This document shows positions 1-9,758 of a stretch of DNA of 64,000 nt, piece after piece. The translations under genes were made by a program, and so were the position numbers. Every line of letters starts with the position of its first letter. The stretch's first letter is position 1. The notes below the pieces were generated by a model that was not told where the DNA came from, did not search any database, and was given only the letters and a program-made list of their open reading frames with translations. Origin of the DNA: a virus; the IMG/VR virus record IMGVR_UViG_3300045922_000503, positions 35,250-99,249 of that record; one strand, given 5' to 3'.

Positions 1-24
1 CAGGAAGAGGAGCGGCGGCGCATC

Positions 25-3000
25 ATGAGGTCCCTTGAGGACCCTCGCGACATGGCGAGAGACGTCGTGAACAAGACCGTCTCCGCGCTGGACCGAACGT
101 TCGCAGACCCCATCTCCGGCGGTCGGTACCGGGTAGAGCGCGTGGGAGATCTCATCGTAGAGGACATCCCTGACCCTTGGGACCACGCCGCCGTTGCTGA
201 CACCATCGCCAGGGACGGGACCTACGGGCCGCTCGTCAAGGGCAGATTCCGCATCCTCGACACCAAGGAGACGGACGCCGACGGGAACCCCAAGGTGGTC
301 AAGGAGCAGGTCATCAACCTGGCCCGAGTGCCCACGCCAACGGCAGACCGGGCCTACGTGGTAGGCGGAAAGAAGCGGGCCATGATGAGCCAGTTCCGGC
401 GACTCCCCGGCGTGTTTACCCGGACCAACGCTAAGGGGGAGACGGAGCTCGAGGCCAACCTGGACCCGTCGACTTCGTCTCAGCTCCCCAGCTTCAAGGT
501 GGTCTTGGACCGAACGACCAATGACACAGCCACCCCGTTCAAGATGCGCATCGGGACCATGAAGTCCGGGGACGCGTGGCAGGTGGCCAAGCTCCTGGGA
601 GCTGACGCGAAGGACCTGAAGGAGGCCGTGGGGGAGGAGACGGCGGCCAAGATCCTCAAGACGGACTCCAAGGATCGTTACGAGCGCGAGATGCGCAAGC
701 TGTACGGTAAGATCCATGCTGCCGACCGCGGGGGCATGGGCAAGACCAACGCCAAGCACCTACCTCTGGGGGAGATCGAGGCTGACCTCATGAAACAGTT
801 CACCACGTCCTACATCTCCCCGGAGGTCAGCAAGATGACCTTGGGGAAAGAGACGGACCGCGTGGACAAAGACGTGCTTCTCACTGGGTTCCGACGTCTC
901 CAGGCTGTGGCGTCCGGTGATGAAGAAGAAGACGACCGTGAGTCGCTCGCGCTGAAGCAGGTCATGGGGCCAGCCGACCTGATCGCGGAGTCCGTAGGCC
1001 GGTCCTCAACGGTGGAGAAGAACCGGCGCGCCATGTCGTCTAAGCTGAGGGCGCTGACTTTCAACAAGGACGCCAACCCGAACCTGGCGCAAATCGTCGG
1101 GCCACGCTTTCGCAAGGCCATCGAGGCAAAGACCTCCACCTCGATGGAGCAGCGGACTCTGGACTCCACGACCCCTATCGACACCATCGCCCAGGCTACT
1201 ACGACCACCATCCTGGGAGCAGGCGCCATCGGCAGCGAGCAGGCCATTCCTGATGAAGCCAAGCTGCTGAACAGTGGCGGCTTCGGTTTCCTGGACCCTC
1301 TTCACACGCCGGAGAGCGCGCGGTCGGGCGTGGTGCTTCACAAGCCCATGAGGACCGGGGTCAAGACAGTCGAGACGGGGAGAGCCTCTCAGCCGACGAT
1401 CAACGTCTTGACGTCCGAGTTCCTCGACCGGAGCGGGAAGCCACTGGAGCTCTCCTCTGCGGAGGTGAAGGGCAAGCCCATTGGGCTCTTCGACCAATAC
1501 GACCGGGGCGAAGACGGGAAAATCAAGCCTAAGAACCTCCCCGGCGGCGTGGTCAAGGCACTGGTGGACGGTCAGGTCAAGCTGGTTGACCCCAAAGAGA
1601 TCAGCGTGTGGGCCCAGGACGCTGGGCAGGCGTTTGACATCAACTCCAGCCTCATCCCTTTCGCCAACTCCATCTCCGGCGGGCGCGTCGGCTACTCCAG
1701 CAAGCAGACTCAACAATCACTGCCCCTGAAGTACCGGGAAGCGCCGTTGGTGCAGGTCCGCGCTCCTGGTTCCGCCAACTCGATGGAGGCCCTGCTGGGA
1801 GAAGAGGCAGGCGCGGTCAACTCTCCTGTAGACGGCACCATCGTCGACATAGTGGACACGCCCAAGAAGAGGACGGTGACCATCAAGCCGAAAGATGGGG
1901 GCAAGGACATCACCCTCTCCGTCCCCCACAACATCGCCATGCCTGGTGGCTCGCTGATGGACAGTGAGATGAAGGTCAAGCAGGGTGACTCCGTCTCAAG
2001 GGGGCAGCTCATCGCGGACTCTACCTTTACCAAGGATGGAGTCATGGCTGCAGGGACGAACCTGCGGGTCGCCTACCTCCCCTACTACACGTCGACCTTC
2101 GAGGACGCCATCGTCCTCAGCAAGTCGGCGGCTGACAAACTCACGTCCCTTCACATGTACGAAGAGAAGGTGAGGGGCAAGGGCGTGGATCTGGGCAAGA
2201 GCCTGTACGTAACTCGCACAGGTACTCCGCTGTCCAAGGAGGAGGACGATAGCATTGGGGACGACGGAATCGTCAAGGTGGGGACGCGCGTCAAGCCAGG
2301 GCAGCTGCTGGTCGCCGGCTCTCGCTCTCAAGCCATGACCGGGTCTGACATTGAGACCGCGGCTGCACTGCTGGGTCTATACGGGACCAAGAACAAGCGA
2401 GGCGTCACCACCCGAGTCGCGGAGTTTGAGCAGCGCTGGGATCACCCCGTCGAAGGGACAGTGAAGCGGGTGGAGCCCATCGTGAAGGGAGGCAAGACGG
2501 TAGGAGCCACGGTCTACGTCGAGGCGGAGGAGCCCTTCGAGGTGGGAGACAAGATCTTCGGCCGCCACGGGAACAAGGGCATCGTCACAGAGATCATTCC
2601 TGACGATAAGATGCCCAGGACGAAGGACGGCAAGGCCATGGACGTGCTGCTGAACCCGGCCGGTGTCGTGGGGCGAATCAACCCGTCTCAGAACTTCGAG
2701 AACTTTCTCGGGAAGGTCGCGGAGAAGAAGGGGTCTCCCGAGGTTGTCGACAACTGGAAGTACCAGGACAACTGGCAGCATGTGAAAGACACCCTCGAGA
2801 AGGAAGGCGTGGCCGACGCCGAGGACCTCATCGACCCTGTCACAGGACGGGTGCTGAAGTCTGTTGGCTTCGGCAACCAGTACATCCTGAAGGCCAAGCA
2901 ACAGGTGGAGCATAAGTCCTTGGCACGCGGCGTGGGGACGTTCTCTGAGTCAGGCAGCGTGGTGAAGGGTGACGACGGCGCACAGGCGCTGGGCGAGCTC

Positions 3001-6000
3001 GGAGTCTACGCGCTCCTGGCGCAGGACGCCCGTGAGTTCCTGCGGGACGCCCAGCTCAACAAGTCCGAGGACCGCCCCGAAGTGTGGGATGCTCTTCGGC
3101 GGGGGTCTCCCATCCCGCCGGCGGTGCAGCCACCTGAGCAGTTCCAACGCTTCCAGGACTACCTCACCGCCGCCGGCGTTGTCATGGAGCGCAAGGGTGA
3201 CAAGATGAAGCTCACCCGCCCCGTGACCGATGATGAGGTCAAGGCTACGGCGCAGACGTTCGGGAAGGACAACGTCCTGACGGAGCCTTGGAAAACGGTT
3301 CGGGTCAAAGCCAAGGACAGCGCGGAAGACGGGGTGTCCCGCACCGAAATCATGGAGAAAGGAGGGCTATTCGACCCGGACGCTACGGCCGGGTTCCAAG
3401 GGACGAAGTGGTCCAGGTTCAGCCTCTCCACGCCCATCCCCAACCCGACTTACGAGCAGCCCATCATGGACCTGCTCGGCATGAGCGCCAAAGAATACGA
3501 GGATCTCCGTACAGGCGTCCGAGCGGTCGAGGTAGACGGGAAGAAGCTTACAGGAGCACGTGCCGTCGACACCCTGCTGAGCAAAGTGAACGTCGACGCC
3601 ATCGAGGCAGAGACAAAGACTATCTTGGAGCAGAGCAAGGACAAGTCTGAGAGAAACCGGGCGTACCGGCTCGCCAGAAACATCAAGATGCTCAAGGAGA
3701 ACAACCTTGACCCGCAGAAGGCGTACATGCGGCAGGAGGTCCTCGTGCTGCCTGCCCGGATGAGGGGAGTCTCAAAGGACGAATCCACCGGCGATCTGGT
3801 CATCGGGGACATCAACTACCTCTACCGGGACATTGCCCTTACTGAGAAGGCTCTTCGGGATGCCAAGGCTCAGAATCTCCCGGACACGATCATCAGTGAG
3901 CTGGAAACGGGGCTCTACGAGGGGGTCCGGGCGCTCAACCAGGTGCAGAAGTCCGAGCCGCTCAGTCCCGGCTCGACCTACCAGGGCATCTTTGGCATTC
4001 TCGCAGGCCGGATCCCGACTGGCGACGGCGGAGAGGTGTCAGACGTCAAGTCCAGCTTCGCCAAGAAGAACCTACTGGAGCGCCGGCAGGTCATGAGCGC
4101 CCGGACCGTCCTGACGCCCAAGGATGACTTGGATATGGACGAGGTAGGTGTCCCCCGGCGGGTGGCCGCCGCGGTCTTTGAGCCTTTGCTCGAAGCGGAG
4201 TTCCACCGGAACCACGACATGCAGTCGACTCGTGGGCGGGAGGAATTCAAGCAGTTCCGGGATAGACTGCAGGAGTACAAGGCGACCAACACGCCCGACG
4301 AGATGATCGACAGGTACCTGGACCGGGTAGTGGCGGACAGGTACGTCGCTGTGAAGCGGGACCCTGCTCTTCACATGTTCAGCTTTCAAGGGTTCAAGCC
4401 CGTGCTCAGCCGGGAGAAGACTGTCAACTTGAACCCCCTCGTGTACGCTGGCTTCAATGCGGATAACGACGGCGACTCCGTACTTGGTCGGGTGACTTTG
4501 TTCATCGGAGACGGCGGCGAAGTCGAGCCTACGACTATGGACATCTCCTGCTTCCCCCATGTGCCGGGGTCAGAGCGCGTGTCTGAGAAGGGGACGCGGG
4601 TCTACGACGTTCCTGCTGGCATCCGGGTGCCTGCTATCCACCCGGATGGAACCGAAGTGCTGGCAGAGGTCACAGAGTGGTCTGTCCACGAGGACGTGGA
4701 CACCTACTTCGTGCGGTTGGCGTCAGGCCGGTCCATGATTGTGTCCGGAGACCATAGCCTGTGCACTCTCAGCCTGGACACCATGCAGGTGGAGAAGACT
4801 CGGCCCCAGGATGCAGTGGGTCGTGCGGTGCCCGTGCAGGTGCAGTACGATTGCGCCAACGGCGCAGAGGAGCACCCGGCGTTCGGTGCGCCGTCGTTCC
4901 TTCGCACGGATGAGGACACCGGGTGGCTGATCGGTATCATTCTGTCGCAGGGATGGATTGGGGCGGACGCCAGAGGGCGGCCTCACCGCATCCAGCTGCC
5001 GTGGCACGACGCACAGGCGCCTTCTATCCAGGGTGTCCACGACGACATCAAGCGTATCGTGAGCACGTACACCCTGAACGCGTTCACCTTCCAGGATGTC
5101 AGATGGGCACCACGGGCAGCAGCGGCGAGGCTGGGCGGGTCCAGGGCATTGATCCTGGAACCCGACCTGGCGGCTGCGGTGGCTGACGCCGTCCAGTGGC
5201 AGCCCGAGGACAGCGCGCGCGGGTATCGCTTGGCCCCGTGGGTGTTTACAGCTTCACGCTCCTTCCGGCGAGGTCTGCTGTCGGGCATCTTCGACGGCCG
5301 GGGGGGCGTCCCCCACGGCGCCCACCGGAAGGATGCAACCAGCCTGCTGATCACGATCCCGCCGGACTACCCCGACGCTCCAGGCCTTGCCCGGGACGTC
5401 GCGCTCCTCGCGGAGTCACTGGGTGCGGGGGCAACGATGACCAACAATGCCCGGGGTCAGTACCTGGTCACAATGGCCAACGTCGCCCCAGTCCTCCGCC
5501 CACGCCACCCGGAGACGAAGGAACGCGTCGATGTCATTCTGGCGTACAGCCGAAAGATTCTGGGCGATGCAGACCCCGTTCGCATTCCTGTGCCATCATC
5601 CGTCCGTAAGGACCTGATCCACGCTCTGTCCTCCTTGGGGGCTACATCCCCCCGACGACGAAAGAACGAAGAGGTGTCTGCCGCGGCAGCTATTTGGTAC
5701 TGGGCGGTCAAGAACCGCACAGCGCAGGGGGGGTGGCCGACCCGGAAGTTTCTGGCCGAGCTGTTGGAGTTCTTGCTGGAGCACGCCCAGGAGGACCAGA
5801 CTGCCCTGCTGAGAGACGCGACCAGGTGGTGTGAGTCGGTGCACCAGTCGTCTGTCTCATGGGACGAAGTGGTTGAAGTGAAGAGCCTCAACCAGAAGAC
5901 GACCATGTACGACCTCACTGTTCCCGGGCCGTACACCTTCGCCATGGCGACAGGTGCCTACGTATGGGACACGCTGGCCATTTACGCGCCGGTGAGCCCG

Positions 6001-8064
6001 GAAGCCAACCGGGAGATCCGGGACAAGATGCTGCCCAGCAAGAACCTGTTCTCTCATGCCAGCCACCAGGTTGAGCACGGTATCAGTCACGAGGCCATCC
6101 TGGGCCTCGCGCGCATGACGAAGCCGCCGACGGGAGACATGAGCAAGCCCAAAGCGAAGTTTGCCAGCGTCGCGGAGGCGGAAAAGGCATTCAACGCCAA
6201 CGAGATCGATGTTACCGATCCCATCTCTATTGGCGGGCAGAACACGACGCTTGGGAGGGCGCTTATCAACGCGGCTCTGCCGGCGGGCACCACCTTGGAG
6301 AGCCTGCAGGCGGCTGGGGTCATCTCCGCGCAGGGAGACTTCGGCATCGACAAGAAGAGCGTGGGGAATATCAACCGCTGGCTCGCTGTTGAGCATCCCA
6401 ACGCCTATTCCCAGGTGGCCAACACGCTGCGAAAGACTGGGCAGAAGTACGCCACCCTCACCGGCTCCTCCATCCGGCTCGACGACCTCAAGCCCATCGT
6501 GAAGCAGGAGCGGGAAGAGGCTGAACAGGCCATCTTCAAAGCCGTGGCGGAGATCAACAAGGAGACTGCCCCCAACTCCAAGGAGAGGAAGGACCGAACG
6601 GCAGGCGTGTTCTCAGAGTGGATCAACAAGGTCAACGCGTCCGCTAAGCCAGTCATTCATGCCGCCACGGATAACGTCAACGTCGAGCTGACGGTCACCG
6701 GCGCTCGCATCAAGCCTACCCAGCTTCAGCAGGTCATCCAAGCCCCTATGGCAATGACGGACACCAAGGGGGACGTCATTCCTTCGCCAGTGATGCGCTC
6801 ATACTCAGAAGGGCTGGATGGCGGTGGGTATATGGCATCCCTGCCTGGAGCCCGGTCCGGCACGGTCGCGAAGGTCCAGCAGGTGCAGGAGCCCGGCTAC
6901 CTCACCAAGCAGGTCGTCAACACCGTCATCGACCAGACGGTAGCAGAAGAGGACTGCGGCACCACCCGAGGGGTGGAAGTTGACCTGAGCAGGCCCAGCC
7001 AGGACACAACGAATCGCTACCTCGCTCGCGATGTGCAGGTCGGAGGGACCACGTACCCCAGAAACACGCTCCTGACGGAACAGCTCACGTCTGAGATCAG
7101 TCGACAGAGCTCTGGCGTTGCCAAGGTGCTCGTCCGGTCCCCGCTCACGTGCCAGACCAGGGGAGGGGGCGTCTGCCAGAAATGTACAGGTACCTTGCCC
7201 GGCGGTAAGGCGATGCCTGTGGGACACAACTTCGGCATCACTTCCGCTCAGGCCATTGGGGAGCGCTCCACGCAGATGATGCTGAGCCTCTTCCACGAGG
7301 GCGGAGTCTTCAACCCTAACGCGGGCACTGGCGCCCGCGATGTCTACAAGCAGGCGTCTGCTTTTCTTCGGATGCCCAAGGGGATGAACGGGATGGAGGC
7401 AGTGGTGAGCGACCGGGACGCTACGGTCACGATGGTCAAGGAGAACAAGTCCAAGGGAGGCATTGACGTTCACTTCGACTCTGGGCGCCCCATGTTCTTC
7501 AAGAACGAAGTGAAGTCTCCATCCGGCGGCGACATTCGAGACTTCCTCTCCGTGGGCAAGAAGGTGACCAAGGGGGAAATCCTGACTGAAGGCGTCGCCA
7601 ACCCCAAGGTCTTGTTGGAGGCTACAGGAGACATGGGGAGGGTGCAGAACTACATCGTCGACAACCTCGGGGAGCTCTACGCTGGCACGGGGGTCAAGCG
7701 ACGAAACGTAGAAGCGCTGGTCCGGGGCATCACGGGCACCGTAGAGGTGACGAGTGCTGGACGTAGCAACTACATGCCTGGCCAGCGTATCTCTGCGGTC
7801 GAAGCGGAGGACATGGCGGCAAAGGACCGTCAATTCAAGTTCAAGCCTGTTCTCATGGGAGTCGACGTGGCCCCTAAGGAGGCACGAGAGGACTTCCTGG
7901 CTCACCTCAACTTCAACGACATCCGCCGGCAGTTGGTCACGGGGGCAGCCATCGGCGCGGAGAGCGATCTGCACGGAACTAACCCTATCCCGGGGCTCTT
8001 CTATGGTGTAGAGTTCAATCGGCAGTTCCAGTTCGGGCCTGCCTCCACTGACGGAACCTACTGA
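25..8064 (+). CDS. rpoBC: Phage DNA-directed RNA polymerase, fused beta-beta' polypeptide, intein-containing (may extend upstream of the window)
   Basis: Beta motifs in order: QFRRLPGV, FLDPLHTPES, LIPF..S..QQSLPL, GTNLRVAYLPY..FEDAI, GDKIFGRHGNKG, LNPAGVVGRINPSQ, GAQALGELGVYAL. Then beta' motifs: GGLFD, DINYLYR, NLLERRQVMSARTV, KRDPALH, FNADNDGD, GYLTKQVV, EDCGT, VRSPLTC..VCQKC, AQAIGERSTQMMLSLFHEGG. The frame is open from base 1, so the true start may be earlier. Confidence 0.96.
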   Translation: MRSLEDPRDMARDVVNKTVSALDRTFADPISGGRYRVERVGDLIVEDIPDPWDHAAVADTIARDGTYGPLVKGRFRILDTKETDADGNPKVVKEQVINLARVPTPTADRAYVVGGKKRAMMSQFRRLPGVFTRTNAKGETELEANLDPSTSSQLPSFKVVLDRTTNDTATPFKMRIGTMKSGDAWQVAKLLGADAKDLKEAVGEETAAKILKTDSKDRYEREMRKLYGKIHAADRGGMGKTNAKHLPLGEIEADLMKQFTTSYISPEVSKMTLGKETDRVDKDVLLTGFRRLQAVASGDEEEDDRESLALKQVMGPADLIAESVGRSSTVEKNRRAMSSKLRALTFNKDANPNLAQIVGPRFRKAIEAKTSTSMEQRTLDSTTPIDTIAQATTTTILGAGAIGSEQAIPDEAKLLNSGGFGFLDPLHTPESARSGVVLHKPMRTGVKTVETGRASQPTINVLTSEFLDRSGKPLELSSAEVKGKPIGLFDQYDRGEDGKIKPKNLPGGVVKALVDGQVKLVDPKEISVWAQDAGQAFDINSSLIPFANSISGGRVGYSSKQTQQSLPLKYREAPLVQVRAPGSANSMEALLGEEAGAVNSPVDGTIVDIVDTPKKRTVTIKPKDGGKDITLSVPHNIAMPGGSLMDSEMKVKQGDSVSRGQLIADSTFTKDGVMAAGTNLRVAYLPYYTSTFEDAIVLSKSAADKLTSLHMYEEKVRGKGVDLGKSLYVTRTGTPLSKEEDDSIGDDGIVKVGTRVKPGQLLVAGSRSQAMTGSDIETAAALLGLYGTKNKRGVTTRVAEFEQRWDHPVEGTVKRVEPIVKGGKTVGATVYVEAEEPFEVGDKIFGRHGNKGIVTEIIPDDKMPRTKDGKAMDVLLNPAGVVGRINPSQNFENFLGKVAEKKGSPEVVDNWKYQDNWQHVKDTLEKEGVADAEDLIDPVTGRVLKSVGFGNQYILKAKQQVEHKSLARGVGTFSESGSVVKGDDGAQALGELGVYALLAQDAREFLRDAQLNKSEDRPEVWDALRRGSPIPPAVQPPEQFQRFQDYLTAAGVVMERKGDKMKLTRPVTDDEVKATAQTFGKDNVLTEPWKTVRVKAKDSAEDGVSRTEIMEKGGLFDPDATAGFQGTKWSRFSLSTPIPNPTYEQPIMDLLGMSAKEYEDLRTGVRAVEVDGKKLTGARAVDTLLSKVNVDAIEAETKTILEQSKDKSERNRAYRLARNIKMLKENNLDPQKAYMRQEVLVLPARMRGVSKDESTGDLVIGDINYLYRDIALTEKALRDAKAQNLPDTIISELETGLYEGVRALNQVQKSEPLSPGSTYQGIFGILAGRIPTGDGGEVSDVKSSFAKKNLLERRQVMSARTVLTPKDDLDMDEVGVPRRVAAAVFEPLLEAEFHRNHDMQSTRGREEFKQFRDRLQEYKATNTPDEMIDRYLDRVVADRYVAVKRDPALHMFSFQGFKPVLSREKTVNLNPLVYAGFNADNDGDSVLGRVTLFIGDGGEVEPTTMDISCFPHVPGSERVSEKGTRVYDVPAGIRVPAIHPDGTEVLAEVTEWSVHEDVDTYFVRLASGRSMIVSGDHSLCTLSLDTMQVEKTRPQDAVGRAVPVQVQYDCANGAEEHPAFGAPSFLRTDEDTGWLIGIILSQGWIGADARGRPHRIQLPWHDAQAPSIQGVHDDIKRIVSTYTLNAFTFQDVRWAPRAAAARLGGSRALILEPDLAAAVADAVQWQPEDSARGYRLAPWVFTASRSFRRGLLSGIFDGRGGVPHGAHRKDATSLLITIPPDYPDAPGLARDVALLAESLGAGATMTNNARGQYLVTMANVAPVLRPRHPETKERVDVILAYSRKILGDADPVRIPVPSSVRKDLIHALSSLGATSPRRRKNEEVSAAAAIWYWAVKNRTAQGGWPTRKFLAELLEFLLEHAQEDQTALLRDATRWCESVHQSSVSWDEVVEVKSLNQKTTMYDLTVPGPYTFAMATGAYVWDTLAIYAPVSPEANREIRDKMLPSKNLFSHASHQVEHGISHEAILGLARMTKPPTGDMSKPKAKFASVAEAEKAFNANEIDVTDPISIGGQNTTLGRALINAALPAGTTLESLQAAGVISAQGDFGIDKKSVGNINRWLAVEHPNAYSQVANTLRKTGQKYATLTGSSIRLDDLKPIVKQEREEAEQAIFKAVAEINKETAPNSKERKDRTAGVFSEWINKVNASAKPVIHAATDNVNVELTVTGARIKPTQLQQVIQAPMAMTDTKGDVIPSPVMRSYSEGLDGGGYMASLPGARSGTVAKVQQVQEPGYLTKQVVNTVIDQTVAEEDCGTTRGVEVDLSRPSQDTTNRYLARDVQVGGTTYPRNTLLTEQLTSEISRQSSGVAKVLVRSPLTCQTRGGGVCQKCTGTLPGGKAMPVGHNFGITSAQAIGERSTQMMLSLFHEGGVFNPNAGTGARDVYKQASAFLRMPKGMNGMEAVVSDRDATVTMVKENKSKGGIDVHFDSGRPMFFKNEVKSPSGGDIRDFLSVGKKVTKGEILTEGVANPKVLLEATGDMGRVQNYIVDNLGELYAGTGVKRRNVEALVRGITGTVEVTSAGRSNYMPGQRISAVEAEDMAAKDRQFKFKPVLMGVDVAPKEAREDFLAHLNFNDIRRQLVTGAAIGAESDLHGTNPIPGLFYGVEFNRQFQFGPASTDGTY
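4477..5970 (+). mobile_element. Intein (498 aa) with degenerate LAGLIDADG-like homing endonuclease, inserted directly after the RNAP catalytic motif
   Basis: Removing S(VLG)...(VW)D rejoins NADNDGD|TLAIYAP, matching canonical NADFDGD-QMAVHVP. Block B SGDH; block F/G WDEVVEV..MYDLTVPGPYTF..GAYVWD; endonuclease-like GWLIGIILSQG and GLLSGIFDGRG. Confidence 0.9.
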
Positions 8065-8081
8065 CCCGCAAGGAAATCACG

Positions 8082-8717
8082 ATGGGCCCCTGTCTTCGGC
8101 GCTATTCCATCCAGAAGGTTTCGTCCTTTCAGGACGCAGCGGGGCTCGGCGTAGTGGGGGCTGGTGTTGGCGCCCTGTCTGCAGCCAGCTTGCCTTCGGA
8201 AACCAACCGTCTTGCAGCGAGCACCCGCGCTGAGTGGCAGCGGGCATCACAGAGTTTGGATGGCCTGAGGTCAAGCTACTACAGGGATCTGGCAGAGCAC
8301 GAAAGGGTGAAGCCAGCCGCCCTTCGAGCTTACGAGGACAAGCTCACACAGGCCACTAGTGATCTCGACGCAGCCAGGCCGCGGGCCATGCAGGAAATCA
8401 AGAGGCTGGAGGGGTTCGCATTCTCTCCTAAAGAGAGGGCTCGACGTCTCGAGGGGATATCAAAAGCTCGGGGCGAAATAGGCGACCTAGTCGCCAGGCA
8501 ACGCGCTGCAGAAAAGTCCCTGAGGGACGCACGGCTGGCTTTCGATGGTACAGAGGCTGTTCTTGCCTCCCGAAAGATGGCGATTCCTACCGCCGAAGCG
8601 GCGGTTGAACAGGCTGCGCAAGCGATGCAAAGGTCTCAAATGGCAAGGCGCGTACGGATCGCCGCTACCGCAGGCAGCACTGGTGCTGCTGTCGGCGCCC
8701 TTGGGTTTTCACTATGA
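8082..8717 (+). CDS. Glycine-zipper/coiled-coil protein with K-x-S leader; putative internal virion protein
   Basis: Leader MGPCLRRYSIQKVS; GxxxG helices at both ends flank a coiled coil; SD AAGGA. Confidence 0.7.
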   Translation: MGPCLRRYSIQKVSSFQDAAGLGVVGAGVGALSAASLPSETNRLAASTRAEWQRASQSLDGLRSSYYRDLAEHERVKPAALRAYEDKLTQATSDLDAARPRAMQEIKRLEGFAFSPKERARRLEGISKARGEIGDLVARQRAAEKSLRDARLAFDGTEAVLASRKMAIPTAEAAVEQAAQAMQRSQMARRVRIAATAGSTGAAVGALGFSL

Positions 8718-8726
8718 CGGTGGCCG

Positions 8727-8981
8727 ATGACCCCCTGTCTACGAGTTTATGTCATGACCAAGCTCTCCGGCCCGGACGATATCGCTTGGAACGCCATGTC
8801 CGGAGCGGTTCTTGGCATGGGCGGCGGACACCGAATCGCACAGGAGGTAGTGAATCGGATGGGCGCAGACCCGCTCACGCCTTCATTTGCCCGTCGAGCT
8901 TCTAGGATTCGCGCAGCAGGGTCGACGCTAGGAGCGCTTGGGCTCGGGGTCGTGGGGGCAGGAGTGGGGGTGCGCGCATGA
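8727..8981 (+). CDS. Small glycine-zipper protein with K-x-S leader
   Basis: Leader MTPCLRVYVMTKLS; C-terminal GALGLGVVGAGVG; ATGA overlap with next gene. Confidence 0.65.
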   Translation: MTPCLRVYVMTKLSGPDDIAWNAMSGAVLGMGGGHRIAQEVVNRMGADPLTPSFARRASRIRAAGSTLGALGLGVVGAGVGVRA

Positions 8982-9703
8982 GCAATGACACAGACGCCTT
9001 CATCGCCTCCGTTCTGCTCCCTACGGGCTTGGCTACATCGACAGGATCGGTGGGAGGCGCTCTACTCGGAGGAAAGGCTATGGACGCGCTGGCGCGACGC
9101 GTCCTTCCCGAAGTCGGAAAAGCAGCTAACGCAGTCACTGCCCAGGTGGATGACATCCGGTCGCGCCTGCGGTCCGTAGGCAGCGTGATGGATGATACTG
9201 CCAGCGGGCTGGAGTCGTTGTCTCGAGGGGCGGCCAGAGCTCAGCAGGCCGCGGCGCCGGTGGTGACTGCCATTCACAGACTCCGCGGGAGTGCCCCTCC
9301 TGCTCCGGTCCCCTCGTTTGACCCTGCCGTAGACGCTCTTAGGGCTGCCCGTGCGCAGGTTGGGGGGTACGACGCAGCATTGGGTGCCGCACAGCGCGCC
9401 TTGGAGGACACCTTCAGTTCCGAGTCGTTGGGGAGACTCGGTCGCCGGTCTGTGGTGGGAGGGCGTATTGTCGGGGGAGTCGTTGGGGCGGGCGCGCTGG
9501 GGGTGCCGGTAGCCTCCGTCGCTACCGGTCTCTATTTTCTACGGGCCCTAAGGGATGCCTCTGCCGGATCAGGGAGTCTATCTAATGCAGGCGTGGAGAA
9601 AGCCTCTTCCACGGCGCTAACCCGACACATGCTGCGCAAGATGTCCTTCAGCCCCAAGGAGCGAATCACATGGGGGCGTGGGGAGGGCTACTTTCGGGCC
9701 TGA
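8978..9703 (+). CDS. Glycine-zipper protein with C-terminal leader-like segment
   Basis: GSVGGALLGG and GGVVGAGALG helices; C-terminal EKASSTALTRHMLRKMS. Confidence 0.7.
   Translation: MSNDTDAFIASVLLPTGLATSTGSVGGALLGGKAMDALARRVLPEVGKAANAVTAQVDDIRSRLRSVGSVMDDTASGLESLSRGAARAQQAAAPVVTAIHRLRGSAPPAPVPSFDPAVDALRAARAQVGGYDAALGAAQRALEDTFSSESLGRLGRRSVVGGRIVGGVVGAGALGVPVASVATGLYFLRALRDASAGSGSLSNAGVEKASSTALTRHMLRKMSFSPKERITWGRGEGYFRA
9257..9309 (+). repeat. 53-bp dispersed repeat, copy 1 (copy 2 at 13515-13567)
   Basis: ccggtggtgactgcca[t/c]tcacagactccgcgggagtgcccctcctgctccggt; one mismatch; encodes PVVTA(I/T)[11 protein letters not shown] in both genes. Confidence 0.9.
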
Positions 9704-9758
9704 CCTTACCTACGTGATGGACTACCTGAGGTAGCGCAGTGAGCGCGGTCAGCGCAGG

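Noticed and set aside
25-8064. Cellular rpoBC operon (bacterial chromosome)
   Set aside because: No flanking rplL/rpsL or other housekeeping genes; motifs are highly divergent; context is terminase, capsid and tail genes.
8421-9664. FSPKER hexapeptide shared by genes 8082 and 8978
   Set aside because: Different codons and contexts; cannot be distinguished from chance.
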